DNA of 64,000 bases from Mobula birostris (Eukaryota): contig NC_092391.1 in NCBI RefSeq assembly GCF_030028105.1, forward strand, positions 8,281,223 through 8,345,222, written 5' to 3'. A model generated the notes under the pieces. It did no database searches. It had not been told where the DNA came from and saw nothing but the letters and a program-made list of their open reading frames with translations. Both the position numbers and the translations under genes were made by a program. Of this stretch, positions 12,077-25,102 are shown piece by piece. Within the stretch, counting starts at the first letter, position 1. Every line of letters begins with the position of its first letter.

Positions 12077-13679
12077 CAGTGCCTATAAAAAATATCGGAA
12101 GTTTTCATTTTTTATTGTTTTACAACATTGAATCACAGTGGATTTAATTTAGCTTTTTTGACAATGATCAACAGAAAAAGACTCTTTCGTGTCAAGATGA
12201 AAGCCAATATGTATAAAGTAATCTAAATTAATTACAACTATAAAACGCAAAATAATTGATTGTATTAGTATTCACCCCTTTTAATATGACACACCAAATC
12301 ATCACTGGCGCACCCAGTTTGTTTTAGAAGTCTCATAATTAGTTAAATGGAGATCACCTGTGTGCAGTCAAGGTGTTTCAATTGACTGTAGTAAAAATAC
12401 ACCTGTATCTGGAAGGGCTAACTACTGATGAGCCAGTACTCTGGCAAAAACTACACCATGAAGACAAAATAACACTCCAAGCAATTCCACAAAAAAGATT
12501 ATTGAAAAGCACAAGTCAGGAGATGGATACAAGAAAATTTCCATCACTAAATATTACTTGGAGTACAGTTAAGTCAATTATCAAGAAATGGAAAGAATAT
12601 GGTACAGCTGTAAATCTGCCTGGAGCATGCCATCCTCAAAAACTGAGTGACCGTGCAAGAAGGGAACTAGTGAGGGAAGCCACCAAGAGACTTGCGACAA
12701 TTCTGGAGAAGTTACAAGTTTTGGTGGCTGAGATTGGGGAGACTGTGCATACAACAACTGTTGCCCAGGTGTTTCACCAGTCACAGCTTATGGGAGAGTA
12801 GCAAAGAGAAAGCTACTGTTGAAAAAAGCTCACATGAACCCTCGGGTAGAGATCGCCAGAAGGCATGTGGGAGACTCTGAAGTCAGCTGGAAGAAGGTTC
12901 TATGGTCTGATGAAACCAAAATTGAGTTTTTTGGCCATGAGACTAAACGCTACGTTTGGTGTAAGCCAAACACTGCACATCATCAGAAACACACCATCCC
13001 TACCATGAAGCATGGTGCTGGCTGCATCATGCTGTGGGGTTGCTTCCCTGCAGCAGGCCCTGGAAGACTGTGAAGGTAGAGGGTAAAATAAATGCAGCAA
13101 AATACAGGGAAATCCTGGAGGAAAACCTGATGCACTCTGTAGAGAACTGCGACTTGGGAGAGGATTTGTTTTCCAGTAAGACAATGAACCCAAGCATAAA
13201 GCCAAAGCTACACAGGAATGGCTTAAAAATAACAAAGTTAATGTCCTGGAGTGGCCAAATCAGAGTCCAGACCCCAATCCAATTGAGAATTTGTGGCTGG
13301 AGCTGAAAAGGGCTGTTCACTCACGATCCCCATGCAATCTGACAGAGCTTGAGCAGCTTTGTAAAGAAGAATGGGGGAAATTGCAGTGTCCAGATGTGCA
13401 AAGCTGATAGAGACCTATCCACACAGACTCAAGGCTGTAATTGCTGCCAAAGCTGCATCTACTAAATACTAACTTGAAGGGGGTGAGTAATTATACAATC
13501 AATTATTTTGTGTTTAATAATTGTAATAAATTTAGACCAATTTGTTTTCACGTTCACATGAAGAGTCTTTTCTGTTGATCAGTGTCAAAAAAGCCACATT
13601 AAATCCAGTGTGATTCAATATTGTAAAACAATGAAACATAAAAACTTCCAAGGGTAATGAATACTTTTTATATACACTG
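12077..13679 (+). mobile_element. Full-length decayed Tc1/mariner transposon, copy B (DDE transposase pseudogene from about 12458)
   Basis: CAGTG...CACTG|TA ends with the same inverted repeats as copy [15 protein letters not shown] and [11 protein letters not shown] motifs, interrupted by stops and frameshifts. Confidence 0.92.
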
Positions 13680-13809
13680 TATATATACATACTGTAATTC
13701 ACAATTTTTTTCTGTTATTATGTATTGTATTGAACTGCTGCTGTAAAAACAACAAATTTCACAACATATGCCGGTGATATTAAACCTGATTCTGATTCTT
13801 CTGCACATC

Positions 13810-14190
13810 ACTGTTGTAACGTGTGGTTATTTGAGTTACTGTCACCTTCCTGTCAGTTTGAACCAGTCTGGCCAATCTCCTTTGACCTCTCTCATTTACA
13901 AAGTGTTTTCGCCCACAGAACCTAGAGACTGTTGTGTGTGAAAACCCTAGGAGATCAGCAGTTTCTGAGATACTCTAACCACCCCATCTGGCACCAGAAA
14001 TCACTCCATGGTCAAAGTCACTCGGATCCCGTCTTCCCCATTCTGATGTTTGGTCTGAACAACAACTGAACCTCTTGACCATGCCTGCGTGCTTTTGTGC
14101 ATTGAGTTGCTGCCACACGGTTGGCTGATTAGAGATTTGCATTAAAGAGCTGATGTACAGGTGTTCCTAATAAAGTGGCCACTGAGTGAA
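13810..14190. mobile_element. Fragment of a second Tc1-family element
   Basis: Ends in CCTAATAAAGTGGCCACTGAGTG, a Tc1-type terminal repeat. Confidence 0.55.
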
Positions 14191-14240
14191 TGTTCCCTCC
14201 ACAATGTACTTTCCTTCCAACCAACACTTTATCAACATAT

Positions 14241-14738
14241 GTGGTGGTTGTCCATCAAGCCTGATGATGACGGGAAACCTGTGCAGGAAAGTCTTTAATG
14301 TGGAAAAGCCGTCGCACTGGGCTGTTCCGCTCTCTGCACCTCAGAAGTCCGAGTCCAGCGGTATGAACAAGCATCACAAACTGGAGTCTTCCTCGGTCAC
14401 AGTGGATGACCGTGACTTTCTGTCCTGCGTCATGCCTTTCACTCTCCACGGAGCGTTGCAGAACCATCTTCCTAGCCCGTTGGATCCAACTGTAGATCTC
14501 ATCCGCCCAGTCTGCAAGAGCTGACTTCACATGCTGGGACAGCCATGTCCCTGTCTCTCTGGGGAATGAGGCCATGAGCTACCCTTGCCTGGTTTAGCCC
14601 ACCTGTCAAAGTGGAGTTCCAGGGTTTGGCTGCTGTCATATGCAAACAGCTACAGGTGAGAGCTGAATGTCTGTTCAGGAGGACCAAAGGTGAGTGAGTT
14701 GCCCTGGAACGGAGGTGCCCCCCTCCCTGGACACCCCT
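14241..14738 (-). mobile_element. Non-autonomous RTE-like retroposon, same family as 39783-40334
   Basis: 7-bp TSD AACATAT. Colinear similarity with 39783-40334 (CAGCTCTCACCT, GCTAAACCAGG, GGTCATCCACTG). Confidence 0.65.
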
Positions 14739-14950
14739 AACATATAGTGAACAAATAAGATCTATAAACTAGAACAAAAATGTTGGCAAGTTGTGCTAAT
14801 AAATCAGTTGAAATCAGAAATAACCCACAGTCTGTCTTGTCCCTGGGACAAAATGCAATACAATAACTAATGCTTGGCAATTACAATGATGAATGTAGAC
14901 CTTGGTTAACTGATTGGAAAGTTTGTGATAACTTGTTTTTTTTTGTACAG

Positions 14951-15071
14951 GTGAATCACTGCGCCTTCTCTTGTGATGGTCACCTGCTTATCACAGGCTC
15001 CAATGACTGTAAAATCTGCGTCTGGGATACTAGAAGTGAAAATTGTCTAGTTAAAGCAAAAGGACATGAAG
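14951..15071 (+). CDS. WDR38: WDR38 exon 2 (VNHCAFSCDGHLLITGSNDCKICVWDTRSENCLVKAKGHE-G)
   Basis: Acceptor TTTTGTACAG|, donor G|GTACAG, WD40 repeat, 121 nt ending in phase 1. Confidence 0.92.
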
Positions 15072-15204
15072 GTACAGTGACACCCTTCACCTGCTTGTTG
15101 ATATTCCTGGCTTCATTACCACTTGACCGTAGAGTTGGTTGCATTACTTTTGACAAGTCGTTTAGTGGATATATTTTGTGCATTATTTTTGTGGGTGGCA
15201 GTGT

Positions 15205-15555
15205 GTAGATATGCCTCTACCAAAGGAGGTGTGAGGCACTCCTTCCCTCCGCTAGCCTGCAGGTCACTCTTGGGCACCTGCTTAGCTCCCCCCTCCCCCC
15301 CAACTGGGGTCACGTGAAGCCATGGGAGCAGGTGGTGGGTGGACATATGAGCAGTTGGTACATATCACAAGTCCTGGTTACGTGACCAGTGACACCAGGC
15401 AGACAATCTCTGAAGAGTATTGATGGTTGGGATCACCCATCTGGTGAAGACACTGCCCAGAAAGTGGCAATGGCAAACCACTTGTCAAGACAATCATGGT
15501 CATGGAGACCATGATCACTCACGACATACAACATGGCACATAATGACGGTGATGA
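15205..15555 (+). mobile_element. RTE-related SINE
   Basis: Contains GGCAATGGCAAACCAC, resembling the RTE/BovA/Sauria-SINE motif. Confidence 0.5.
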
Positions 15556-15769
15556 TATTATGCATTGGGATTATTTTCTGTCTGCGTGTACTTGTCTTGT
15601 TTGTTCAATGGTTTAATACTCAGTTATAATTTCAATTCTAAAAGCCAATTTGCCGTCAGCGTTGTGCTGGCCTGTTTCCAGTGTCGTTGGTTCACCTGGT
15701 TTTGCTGCCTCTCGTTCAGTCGTACCATTCTGTGGGCTTCCAATCCTGCTAAAGCAGAAACCAGTTGAG

Positions 15770-16440
15770 AATGCTAGTGAGCTTGGTGATGTGTTGTCAT
15801 GACAACTTTCCCCTCTACGTCAGCAAGACAAAAGATCTGACCTTTGACAGGCCTGGGGGGGGTGTTGGTGGGGTTCATTGAGGGGGTAGTTCCTATGTGC
15901 GGGCATCACCAGAGCCAGTCCTGATCCAAGAAAGGTCACCAACAGTAAGGGTTGATGGGGATGTGCCAAATCTCTTCAACCTCCTGAAGACATCTGGAAT
16001 GTCCCTGTCGATCCTTACCAATTTTTATCGAAGCACCATAGAAAGGATTCTATCTGGATGCATAACTGCTTGGAATGGCAACCACTCTACCCATGACTGC
16101 AAGAAACTGCAGAGTTGTGGACACAGCTCAGCACATCACAGAAACCAGCCTCCCCTCCGTAGTCTCTGTCTAAACTCCTCACTGCCTCAGTAAAACAGCC
16201 AGTATAATCAATGATCCCATCCCACCCCCCCGGACATTCCCTCTTCTCCCCTCTGCCATGGGGTAGAAGATACAAAAGCCTGAAAACAGCTCCCACCGGT
16301 CTCAGGGCAGCTTCTGTCCCATTGTTATCAGACTCTTGAATTGACCTTTTGGACAATAAGATGGACTGTGACGTCACAGTCTTCCTTGTTATGATCTTGC
16401 ACCTTATTCCTGATCTGCGTTGCACATCCTCTGTAGCTAT
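15770..16440 (+). mobile_element. Rex1/Babar-type LINE 3' fragment
   Basis: LTNFYRSTIERILSGCITAWNGN and HSLFSPLP.GRRY motifs. Similar fragments at about 9700-9975(-), 17660-18200(-), 26950-28060(-), 44900-45480(+) and 52960-53545(-). Confidence 0.8.
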
Positions 16441-17014
16441 TAAATCACTACAGGCCTTAAGACCACAAGACACAAGAGGAAAATTATGCCAATTGACCCA
16501 CTGAGTCTGCTTTGCCATTCAATCATGGCTAATTTATGTTCCCTCTCATCCCAATCCTCCTGCCTTCTCCCAGTAACCTTTAATGCTCTTAATACTCCAC
16601 CTCAGCCTGGGCTGTGCTGGCTCTGGACTGTGCTATGTCATTGGGGCCGGTCAGACCCTGTCACAGGTTTCCCAGGACAGTAGGCCGACATTGCACAGCA
16701 CACCTCAATCCCCAGAGACTGTCAGGAAGGAAAGCTCGTAGAGAGGAGCAGGATGGCTGGTGGGCTAATACTGTGAATTATTTCAGATGCTTGGAGTTCA
16801 AAGTTCAAGGTAAATTTTATTATCAAAGTACATATATAACCCTGAGATTCATCTCCCTGTGGGCATACTCAGCAAATCTATAAAATAGTAAATATAACAG
16901 AATCAGTGAAAGATCAACCAGAGTGTGGAAGACAACAAACTGTGCAAATGGAAATATAAATAAATAGTAATAAATAATGAGAACATGAGATAACATGTTC
17001 CATTGGATGGAGAA

Positions 17015-17645
17015 GGAGAAGATGGTGTTGCGACGCAGCGCGTGCGGCTGTTCCGAATGAATATCGATTATGTGTAACTAGGGGGGCCGTGCACAATCCT
17101 GATTTGATGGAGACGGACGTGAGAAGCACAGAGGAACATCTGGAGTAACTTCTGAAATGCCTGCTTCGCTGCCACTGCTGCTGTGCGATCGAGAATCTCC
17201 GGAGGGGAAGGCCCCAAATCCTCGGCTTTGCCTATTGCCGGGGCTGGGGTCGAAGCGCTCGGCAGAGATGGTGCTCGGTGCTCAGTATCGAAGAGGTGGC
17301 CGGAGGCTCAGAGTTTTCGGACCGACTCGGAGTCGGACTGTGGTCGGATACTTCCAGAATGCTGCATCGGCAAGTTGGCGGCGCTGGAGGTTTACCGTCT
17401 GCGTGAGATGATGGGACTTTCGAGAGACTTTGAGACTTTTACCGTGCCCATGGTCTGTTCTTATCAAATTACGGTATTGCTTTGCACTGTTGTAACTATA
17501 TGTTATAATTAGGTGGTTTTTGTTGGTTTTTAAGTTGGTTTGTCGTGTGTTTTCCGTGATATCATTCTGGAAAAACATTTTATCATTTCTTAATGCATAC
17601 ATTACTAAATGACAATAAAAGGGGACTGCGTGTCCTCATAATCAT
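17015..17645 (+). mobile_element. Unclassified non-autonomous retroposon; a related copy lies at about 25750-26255
   Basis: Both copies share GAAGGCCCCAAA..CCTCGGCTTTG, CGCTCGGCAGAG and the tail AAATGACAATAAAAG..CTCATAATC. Both are inserted in Rex1 fragments. Confidence 0.6.
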
Positions 17646-18569
17646 AGTGACAAAAAAATCCTTAAAGTGAGATCGATGGTTGTAGGAACGTTTCAATGTG
17701 TGTAGTTTTGTCCACGAGCCTGATGGCTGAGGGGTAGTAACTGTTCCTGAACGTGGTGGCGTGAATCCTGAGACACCTGCACCTTCTGCCTGATGGCAGC
17801 AGTGAGGAAAGAGCAGGAACTCTGATGATGGACGCTGCTTTCCTACAACAATGCTTCATGTCCATGCGCTCAATCATTGGGAGGGCTTTACCCGTGATAT
17901 ACTGGGCCAAATCCACTACATTTTGTAGGATTTTCTGTTCAAAGGCATTGGTGTTTCCATACCAGGCTGTGATGCAGCCAGTCAATATACTCTCCACCAC
18001 ACATCTATAGAAGTTTGTCATAGTTTTAGATGTCATGCTAAATCTCCGCGAACTCTAAAGGAAGTAGAGACACTACCCTGCTTTCTTCACAATTGTACTT
18101 GCATGCTGGGGCAGGACTGTTCCTCTGAAATGGTAACACTCAGGAATTTAAAGTTGCTGACTATCTCCACTTCTGACCCTCCAGTGAGCACTGGCTCACG
18201 GACCACTGTGCAGTTTTCAGATGTTAAGAAGAGAGCAAATTGTTTTAAAGACACGTTATAAATATTATGCTGTCTAAAACAGCTCACTGTATCTGGCTGG
18301 TGGGAGCCATCAGCAGCAAATTGAAGCCCCCGGGATTGGGAAGAGCTGATTATTTGATTTGCCAGTGGTTGTGTTGCTGTGGGTCTGGGGTCCTGATTCT
18401 GTCACTGTGGTTGTTTAAACCCCTGCCATTGGTTGGCAGCACGCAGTTTCAGAGAACAAGACTGCGGAAGACAAGGCCTGAGTCTGTGAGTCTGCTGGGG
18501 AAGTCAAAGGCCCAGTGTTTGTGAATGTATGAATCCGCTGGAAGCTGAAGACAGCCTCTTCTGGGGTTA

Positions 18570-21500
18570 GAGGACTGTGTGTGTATAGGGAGGACTGTGT
18601 GTGCGTAGTGAGGTCTGTGTGTGCGTAGGGAGGACTGTGTGTGCGTAGGGAGGACTGTGTGCATAGGGAGGTCTGTGTGCGTAGGGAGGTCTGTGCGTGC
18701 GTAGGGAGGACTGCATGTGTGCGTAGGGAGGACTGTGTGTGTAGAGAGGACCGTGTGTGTGTAGGGAGGTCTGCATGTGCGTAGGGAGGTACGCGTGTGC
18801 GTAGGGAGGACTGTGTGTGCATAGGGAGGTCTGTGTGCGCGTAGGGAGGTCTGTGTGCGCGTAGGGAGGACTGTGTGCGCGTAGGGAGGACTGTGTGTGT
18901 GTGTGTGTGTGTAGGGAGGACTGTGCGTGTGTGTAGGGAGGACTGCGTGTGCGTAGGGAGGTCCGCATGCGCGTAGGGAGGACTGTGTGTGCGTAGGGAG
19001 GTCTGTGTGCGTGTAGGGAGGACTGTGTGCGCGTAGAGAGGACTGTGTGTGTGTGTGTATAGGGAGGACTGTATGTGTGTAGGGAGGACTGTGTGTGTGT
19101 AGGGAGGACTGTGTGTGCGTAGGGAGGTCCGTGTGTGCATAGGGAGGACTGTGTGTGCGTAGGGAGGTCTGTGTGCGCGTAGGGAGGTCTGTGTGTGCGT
19201 AGGGAGGACTGTGTGCGCGTAGGGAGGTCTGCGTGTGTGTAGGGAGGACTGCGTGCGTGTCGGGCTGCATGCACGTAGGGAGGACTGTGTGTGTGTAGGG
19301 AGGTCTGCATGTGCATAGGGAGGACAGTGTGTGTGTAGGGAGCACTGAGTGTGTGTAGGGAGGTCCGTGTGTGCGTAGGGAGGACTGTGTGTGTGTAGGG
19401 AGGTCTGTGTGCACGTAGGGAGGACTGTGTGCGCGTAGGGAGGTCTGCGTGTGTGTAGGGAGGTCTGCGTGTGTGTAGGGAGGACTGCGTGCATGTAGGG
19501 AGGACTGCGTGCACGTACGGAGGACTGTGTGCACGTAGGGAGGACTGTGTGTGCGTAGGGAGGTCTGCGTGTGCATAGGGAGGGCTGTGTGTGCGTAGGG
19601 AGGTCTGTGTGTGCGTAGGGAGGTCTGTGTGTGCATATCGAGGTCAGTGTGTGCGTAGGGAGGTCTGTGTGCGCGTAGGGAGGTCTGTGTGTGCGTAGGG
19701 AGGACTGTGTGCCTGTAGGGAGGATTGTGTGTGTGTAGAGAGGACTCTGTGTGTGTAGGGAGGTCTGTGTGCGCGTAGGGAGGACTGTGTGTGTGTAGGG
19801 AGGTCTGTGTGCACGTAGGGAGGTCTGTGTGCGCGTAGGGAGGTCTGTGTGTGCGTCGGGAGGTCTGTGTGTGCGTATCGAGGTCAGTGTGTGCGTAGGG
19901 AGGACTGTGCGTGCGTAGGGAGGTCTGTGTGTGTGTATCGAGGTCAGTGTGTGTGTAGGGAGGACTGTGTGCACGTAGGGAGGACTGCGTGTGTGTAGGG
20001 AGGTCCGCGTGTGAATAGGGAGGACTGTGTGCCTGTAGGGAGGACTGTGTGTGTGTAGAGAGGACTCTGTGTGTGTAGGGCGGTCTGTGTGCGCGTAGGG
20101 AGGACTGTGTGTGTGTAGGGAGGTCTGTGTGCACGTAGGGAGGTCTGTGTGCACGTAGGGAGGTCTGTGTGTGCGTCGGGAGGTCTGTGTGTGCGTATCG
20201 AGGTCAGTGTGTGCGTAGGGAGGACTGTGTGCGCGTAGGGAGGACTGCGTGTGCGTCGGGAGGTCTGTGTGTGCGTATCGAGGTCAGTGTGTGCGTAGGG
20301 AGGACTGTGTGCGCGTAGGGAGGACTGCGTGCACGTAGGGAGGACTGCGTGCACGTAGGGAGGACTGTGTGCGCGTAGGGAGGACTGTGTGTGCGTAGGG
20401 AGGTCTGCGTGTGCATAGTGAGGGCTGTGTGTGCGTAGGGAGGTCTGTGTGTGCATATCGAGGTCAGTGTGTGCGTAGGGAGGTCCGCGTGTGAATAGGG
20501 AGGACTGTGTGCCTGTAGGGAGGACTGTGTGTGTGTAGAGAGGACTCTGTGTGTGTAGGGAGGTCTGTGTGCGCGTAGGGAGGACTGTGTGTGTGTAGGG
20601 AGGTCTGTGTGCACAGTCTGTGTGCGCGTACGGAGGTCTGTGTGTGTGTATCGAGGTCAGTGTGTGTGTAGGGAGGACTGTGTGCGCGTAGGGAGGACTG
20701 CGTGTGTGTAGGGAGGTCCGCGTGTGAATAGGGAGGACTGTGTGCCTGTAGGGAGGACTGTGTGTGTGTAGAGAGGACTCTGTGTGTGTAGGGAGGTCTG
20801 TGTGCGCGTAGGGAGGACTGTGTGTGTGTAGGGAGGTCTGTGTGCACGTAGGGAGGTCTGTGTGCGCGTAGGGAGGACTGTGCACGTAGGGAGGTCTGTG
20901 CACGTAGGGAGGTCTGCGTGTGAATAGGGAGGTCTGTGTGCCTGTAGGGAGGACTGTGTGCGCGTAGGGAGGACTGTGTGTGCGTAGGGAGGTCTGCGTG
21001 TGCATAGTGAGGGCTGTGTGTGCGTAGGGAGGTCTGTGTGTGCATATCGAGGTCAGTGTGTGCGTAGGGAGGTCCGCGTGTGAATAGGGAGGACTGTGTG
21101 CCTGTAGGGAGGACTGTGTGTGTGTAGAGAGGACTCTGTGTGTGTAGGGCGGTCTGTGTGCGCGTAGGGAGGACTGTGTGTGTGTAGGGAGGTCTGTGTG
21201 CACGTAGGGAGGTCTGTGTGCACGTAGGGAGGTCTGTGTGTGCGTCGGGAGGTCTGTGTGTGCGTATCGAGGTCAGTGTGTGCGTAGGGAGGACTGTGTG
21301 CGCGTAGGGAGGACTGCGGGTGCGTCGGGAGGTCTGTGTGTGCGTATCGAGGTCAGTGTGTGCGTAGGGAGGACTGTGTGCGCGTAGGGAGGACTGCGTG
21401 CACGTAGGGAGGACTGTGTGCGCGTAGGGAGGACTGTGTGTGCGTAGGGAGGTCTGCGTGTGCATAGTGAGGGCTGTGTGTGCGTAGGGAGGTCTGTGTG

Positions 21501-23058
21501 TGCATATCGAGGTCAGTGTGTGTGTAGGGAGGTCCGCGTGTGAATAGGGAGGACTGTGTGCCTGTAGGGAGGACTGTGTGTGTGTAGAGAGGACTCTGTG
21601 TGTGTAGGGAGGTCTGTGTGCGCGTAGGGAGGACTGTGTGTGTGTAGGGAGGTCTGTGTGCACAGTCTGTGTGCGCGTACGGAGGTCTGTGTGTGTGTAT
21701 CGAGGTCAGTGTGTGTGTAGGGAGGACTGTGTGCGCGTAGGGAGGACGGCGTGTGTGTAGGGAGGTCCGCGTGTGAATAGGGAGGACTGTGTGCCTGTAG
21801 GGAGGACTGTGTGCGTGTAGTGAGGACTCTGTGTGTGTAGGGAGGTCTGTGTGCGCGTAGGGAGGACTGTGTGTGTGTAGGGAGGTCTGTGTGCACGTAG
21901 GGAGGTCTGTGTGCGCGTAGGGAGGACTGTGCACATAGGGAGGTCTGTGCACGTAGGGAGGTCTGCGTGTGAATAGGGAGGTCTGTGTGCCTGTAGGGAG
22001 GACTGTGTGCGCGTAGGGAGGACTGTGTGTGCGTAGGGAGGTCTGCGTGTGCATAGTGAGGGCTGTGTGTGCGTAGGGAGGTCTGTGTGTGCATATCGAG
22101 GTCAGTGTGTGCGTAGGGAGGTCCGCGTGTGAATAGGGAGGACTGTGTGCCTGTAGGGAGGACTGTGTGTGTGTAGAGAGGACTTTGTGTGTGTAGGGAG
22201 GTCTGTGTGCGCGTAGGGAGGACTGTGTGTGTGTAGGGAGGTCTGTGTGCACGTAGGGAGGTCTGTGTGCGCGTAGGGAGGTCTGTGTGTGCGTAGGGAG
22301 GTCTGTGTGTGTGTATCGAGGTCAGTGTGTGTGTAGGGAGGACTGTGTGCGCGTAGGGAGGACTGCGTGTGTGTAGGGAGGTCCGCGTGTGAATAGGGAG
22401 GACTGTGTGCCTGTAGGGAGGACTGTGTGTGTGTAGAGAGGACTCTGTGTGTGTAGGGAGGTCTGTGTGCGCGTAGGGAGGACTGTGTGCACGTAGGGAG
22501 GTCTGTGTGCACGTAGGGAGGACTGCGTGCATGTAGGGAGGTTTGTGTGTGCGTAGGGAGGACTGTGTGCACGTAGGGAGGTCTGCGTGTGCGTAGGGAG
22601 GACTGCGTGCATGTAGGGAGGTCTGTGTGCGTAGGGAGGTTTGTGTGTGCGTAGGGAGGACTGTGTGCACGTAGGGAGGTCTGTGTGCGTAGGGAGGTCT
22701 GCGTGTGAATAGGGAGGACTGTGTGCCTGTAGGGAGGACTGTGTGCGCGTAGGGAGGACTGTGAGTGTGTAGAGAGGACTCTGTGTGTGTAGGGAGGTCT
22801 GTGTGCACGTAGGGAGGTCTGTGTGCACGTAGGGAGGTCTGTGTGCGAATAGGGAGGACTGTGTGTGTGTAGGGAGGACTGTGTGTGTGTAGGGAGGACT
22901 GTGTGCGCGTAGGGAGGTCTGTGTGCGCGTAGGGAGGACTGTGTGTGTGTAGGGAGGACTGTGTGTGTGTAGGGAGGTCTGTGTGCGCGTAGGGAGGTCT
23001 GTGTGCGCGTAGGGAGGACTGTGTGTGTGTAGGGAGGACTGTGTGTGTGTAGGGAGGA
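18570..23058. repeat. 20-bp minisatellite (GTAGGGAGG[A/T]CTGTGTGTGC), about 225 units, with a higher-order repeat
   Basis: Directly visible tandem array in WDR38 intron 2. Confidence 0.98.
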
Positions 23059-23298
23059 ATAGGGTTTGTTTTGCTGCTGTTACTTTGTGGCTTGTTGTGT
23101 TCTGTGTTGTTCTGCTCTCAGCGTTGTGGACATGCTATGCTGCCGGTGGGGATGTGCGGCAACACTTGCAGGCTGCCCCAGCACAACCTGAGGTGTGTTG
23201 GTTGTTAACGTAAATCACGCATGTCACTGTGTGTTTCAATGTGCAGGTGATAAGTAAATCTGAATCTGACACTCTGAGTATTGTTTCTGCTCCAACAG

Positions 23299-23415
23299 GC
23301 CCAGTGAGAGCTTGTGCCTTCTCTGCTGACTCCATTCTCTTCGCCAGTGGGTCCGCTGATTGTATGGTCAGGGTGTGGGACACGGCAAGAGGCAACTGTC
23401 TGCACATTCTCAAAG
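23299..23415 (+). CDS. WDR38: WDR38 exon 3 (PVRACAFSADSILFASGSADCMVRVWDTARGNCLHILK-G)
   Basis: Acceptor CCAACAG|, donor AAG|GTAGGC, WD40 repeat, phases consistent with exons 2 and 4. Confidence 0.93.
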
Positions 23416-24149
23416 GTAGGCGAGCACGACAAACCTCATCCTCTCCCACGGTGAACCTATCAGCGCTCACTTTCAGTCAGGACAGGGATTCTTGAGGGAG
23501 AGGGTATGGGATACAAAGGGCTGGGCGTGGGGATTGGATTTTGCTGCATTACCAATGGTACAATTACAGTACCTCCAGGCCGCGGACCGATAACGGGTCG
23601 TGAAGCACACAGGGTTGCGGTGGTAGCCGGAACACACCCAGCACATCTTCAAGAAAAAAGCCAAAATAAACCAGCCAGTTAATTAGGTGCCGCCCGGCAC
23701 GTAAGCCGACATTTATGCGGATATGCTTGCCAAGGTGGAGGCAGATATGTCAGGGACATTTAAGAGATTCTTGGATGGGCACATGGAGGGTAGATACATG
23801 GAGGGCTATGTGGGAGGGAAGGGGTAAATTGATTTTAGAGTAGATTAAAGGCCGGCACAACATTGTGGGCTGAAGGGCCTGTACTGTGCTTTAGTGTTCT
23901 ATGTTCTATGTACTGCGATCTCTTGTACAGGGTGAGGTCACTTATTCGAACCTGTCTGCTTTCAGACACGTTACACGTGGAACATAAAAGTGTTGTTCTG
24001 ATGCGAACTCATACCCTGGATGTAGACACTGGGTGGCTCCAGGAACATTTGACATGAATATGTGCGGCAATTTCAAAACGCCAAAACGAAGAACAGGAAA
24101 CACTACAGCACAGTACAAGCCCACAATGTTGTGTCAAACTTATTTCCAT

Positions 24150-24790
24150 AGGACGGAACAATACACCAGAGTACAGGCCCTTCGGCCCACAATATTGTGC
24201 TGACCCTTTAACCCACTCTCAAACCAAACTAAACCTTCCCTCCCGCATAGCCCTCCATTTTTCTATCATCCATGCGCCTCACTAAGAGTCTCTTAAGTGC
24301 CCCAAATGTTCCACTCACCCACCTCTCTCTGTGTATAAAAACCTACCTCTGACATCCCCTATACTTTCTTCCAATAACCTTAAAATTATGCCCCTCATGT
24401 TATCCATCGTGGCCCTGGGAAAAAGTCTCCGGCTGTCCACCCTATCTATGCCTCTTATCCTGTACACCTTAATCAAGCCACCTCTCATTCTCTTCCACTC
24501 CAAAGAGACAAGCTCAACCTACCCTCACAAGACATGTCCCCTAATCCAGGCAGCATCCTATTAAATCTCCTCTGCACCCTTTCTAAAGCTTCCGCATCCT
24601 TCCGAAATGAAGCGAGCCCAGCGGGACACGATGTTCCGAGCGAGGGCTAACCAGGGTTTTATAGATCTGCAATATTGCCTGTGGTTCTTGAACTCAAGTC
24701 CCTGACCAACGAGCATATGCCTTCTGAACAACCCTATCAATGTCTGCAGCGACTTTGAGGGATCTTTTGATGGGAAACCCAAGATCCACC
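24150..24790 (-). mobile_element. CR1 LINE 3' fragment
   Basis: Minus-strand RMRGGLIKVYRIRGIDRVD and the CR1 tail. Confidence 0.8.
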
Positions 24791-25004
24791 TTATAACCTT
24801 CTCTAAGATCGATCTAGCCCTTCCCTCTCTCATACTGTAGTTCTCCAGTTCTCTATCATCCCTGCGCCACTGATCAAAGAAAATTACAGGTAACAGAGAA
24901 TAAGCTTAAATCTGACAGATGAAACTCTGTTGTTGTATGTAAAACACAGTCTCAATAAAAATACTGTTTGATTCTTCAATAAGTGATGTTGTTCTGAATC
25001 TCAG

Positions 25005-25102
25005 GGCACAGCAAGAGTGTGGAGACTGTGGCCTTTAGCAACGACTCACAGGTGCTTGCGTCTGCAGGCTGGGACTACACGGTCATCCTGTGGGAGCCGA
25101 AG
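25005..25102 (+). CDS. WDR38: WDR38 exon 4 (HSKSVETVAFSNDSQVLASAGWDYTVILWEPK)
   Basis: Acceptor CTCAG|, donor AAG|GTTAGT. GH..SVETV.FS.DS..LAS.GWD is typical of WDR38. Confidence 0.93.

Noticed and set aside
18415-22828. Long His/Thr/Pro-rich minus-strand ORFs (up to 579 aa)
   Set aside because: They are translations of the 20-bp minisatellite, whose C/A-rich strand lacks stop codons. They are open in all three frames and have no splice or promoter support.
18570-23058. CRISPR-like array
   Set aside because: Eukaryotic context, contiguous units with no unique spacers, and no cas genes.
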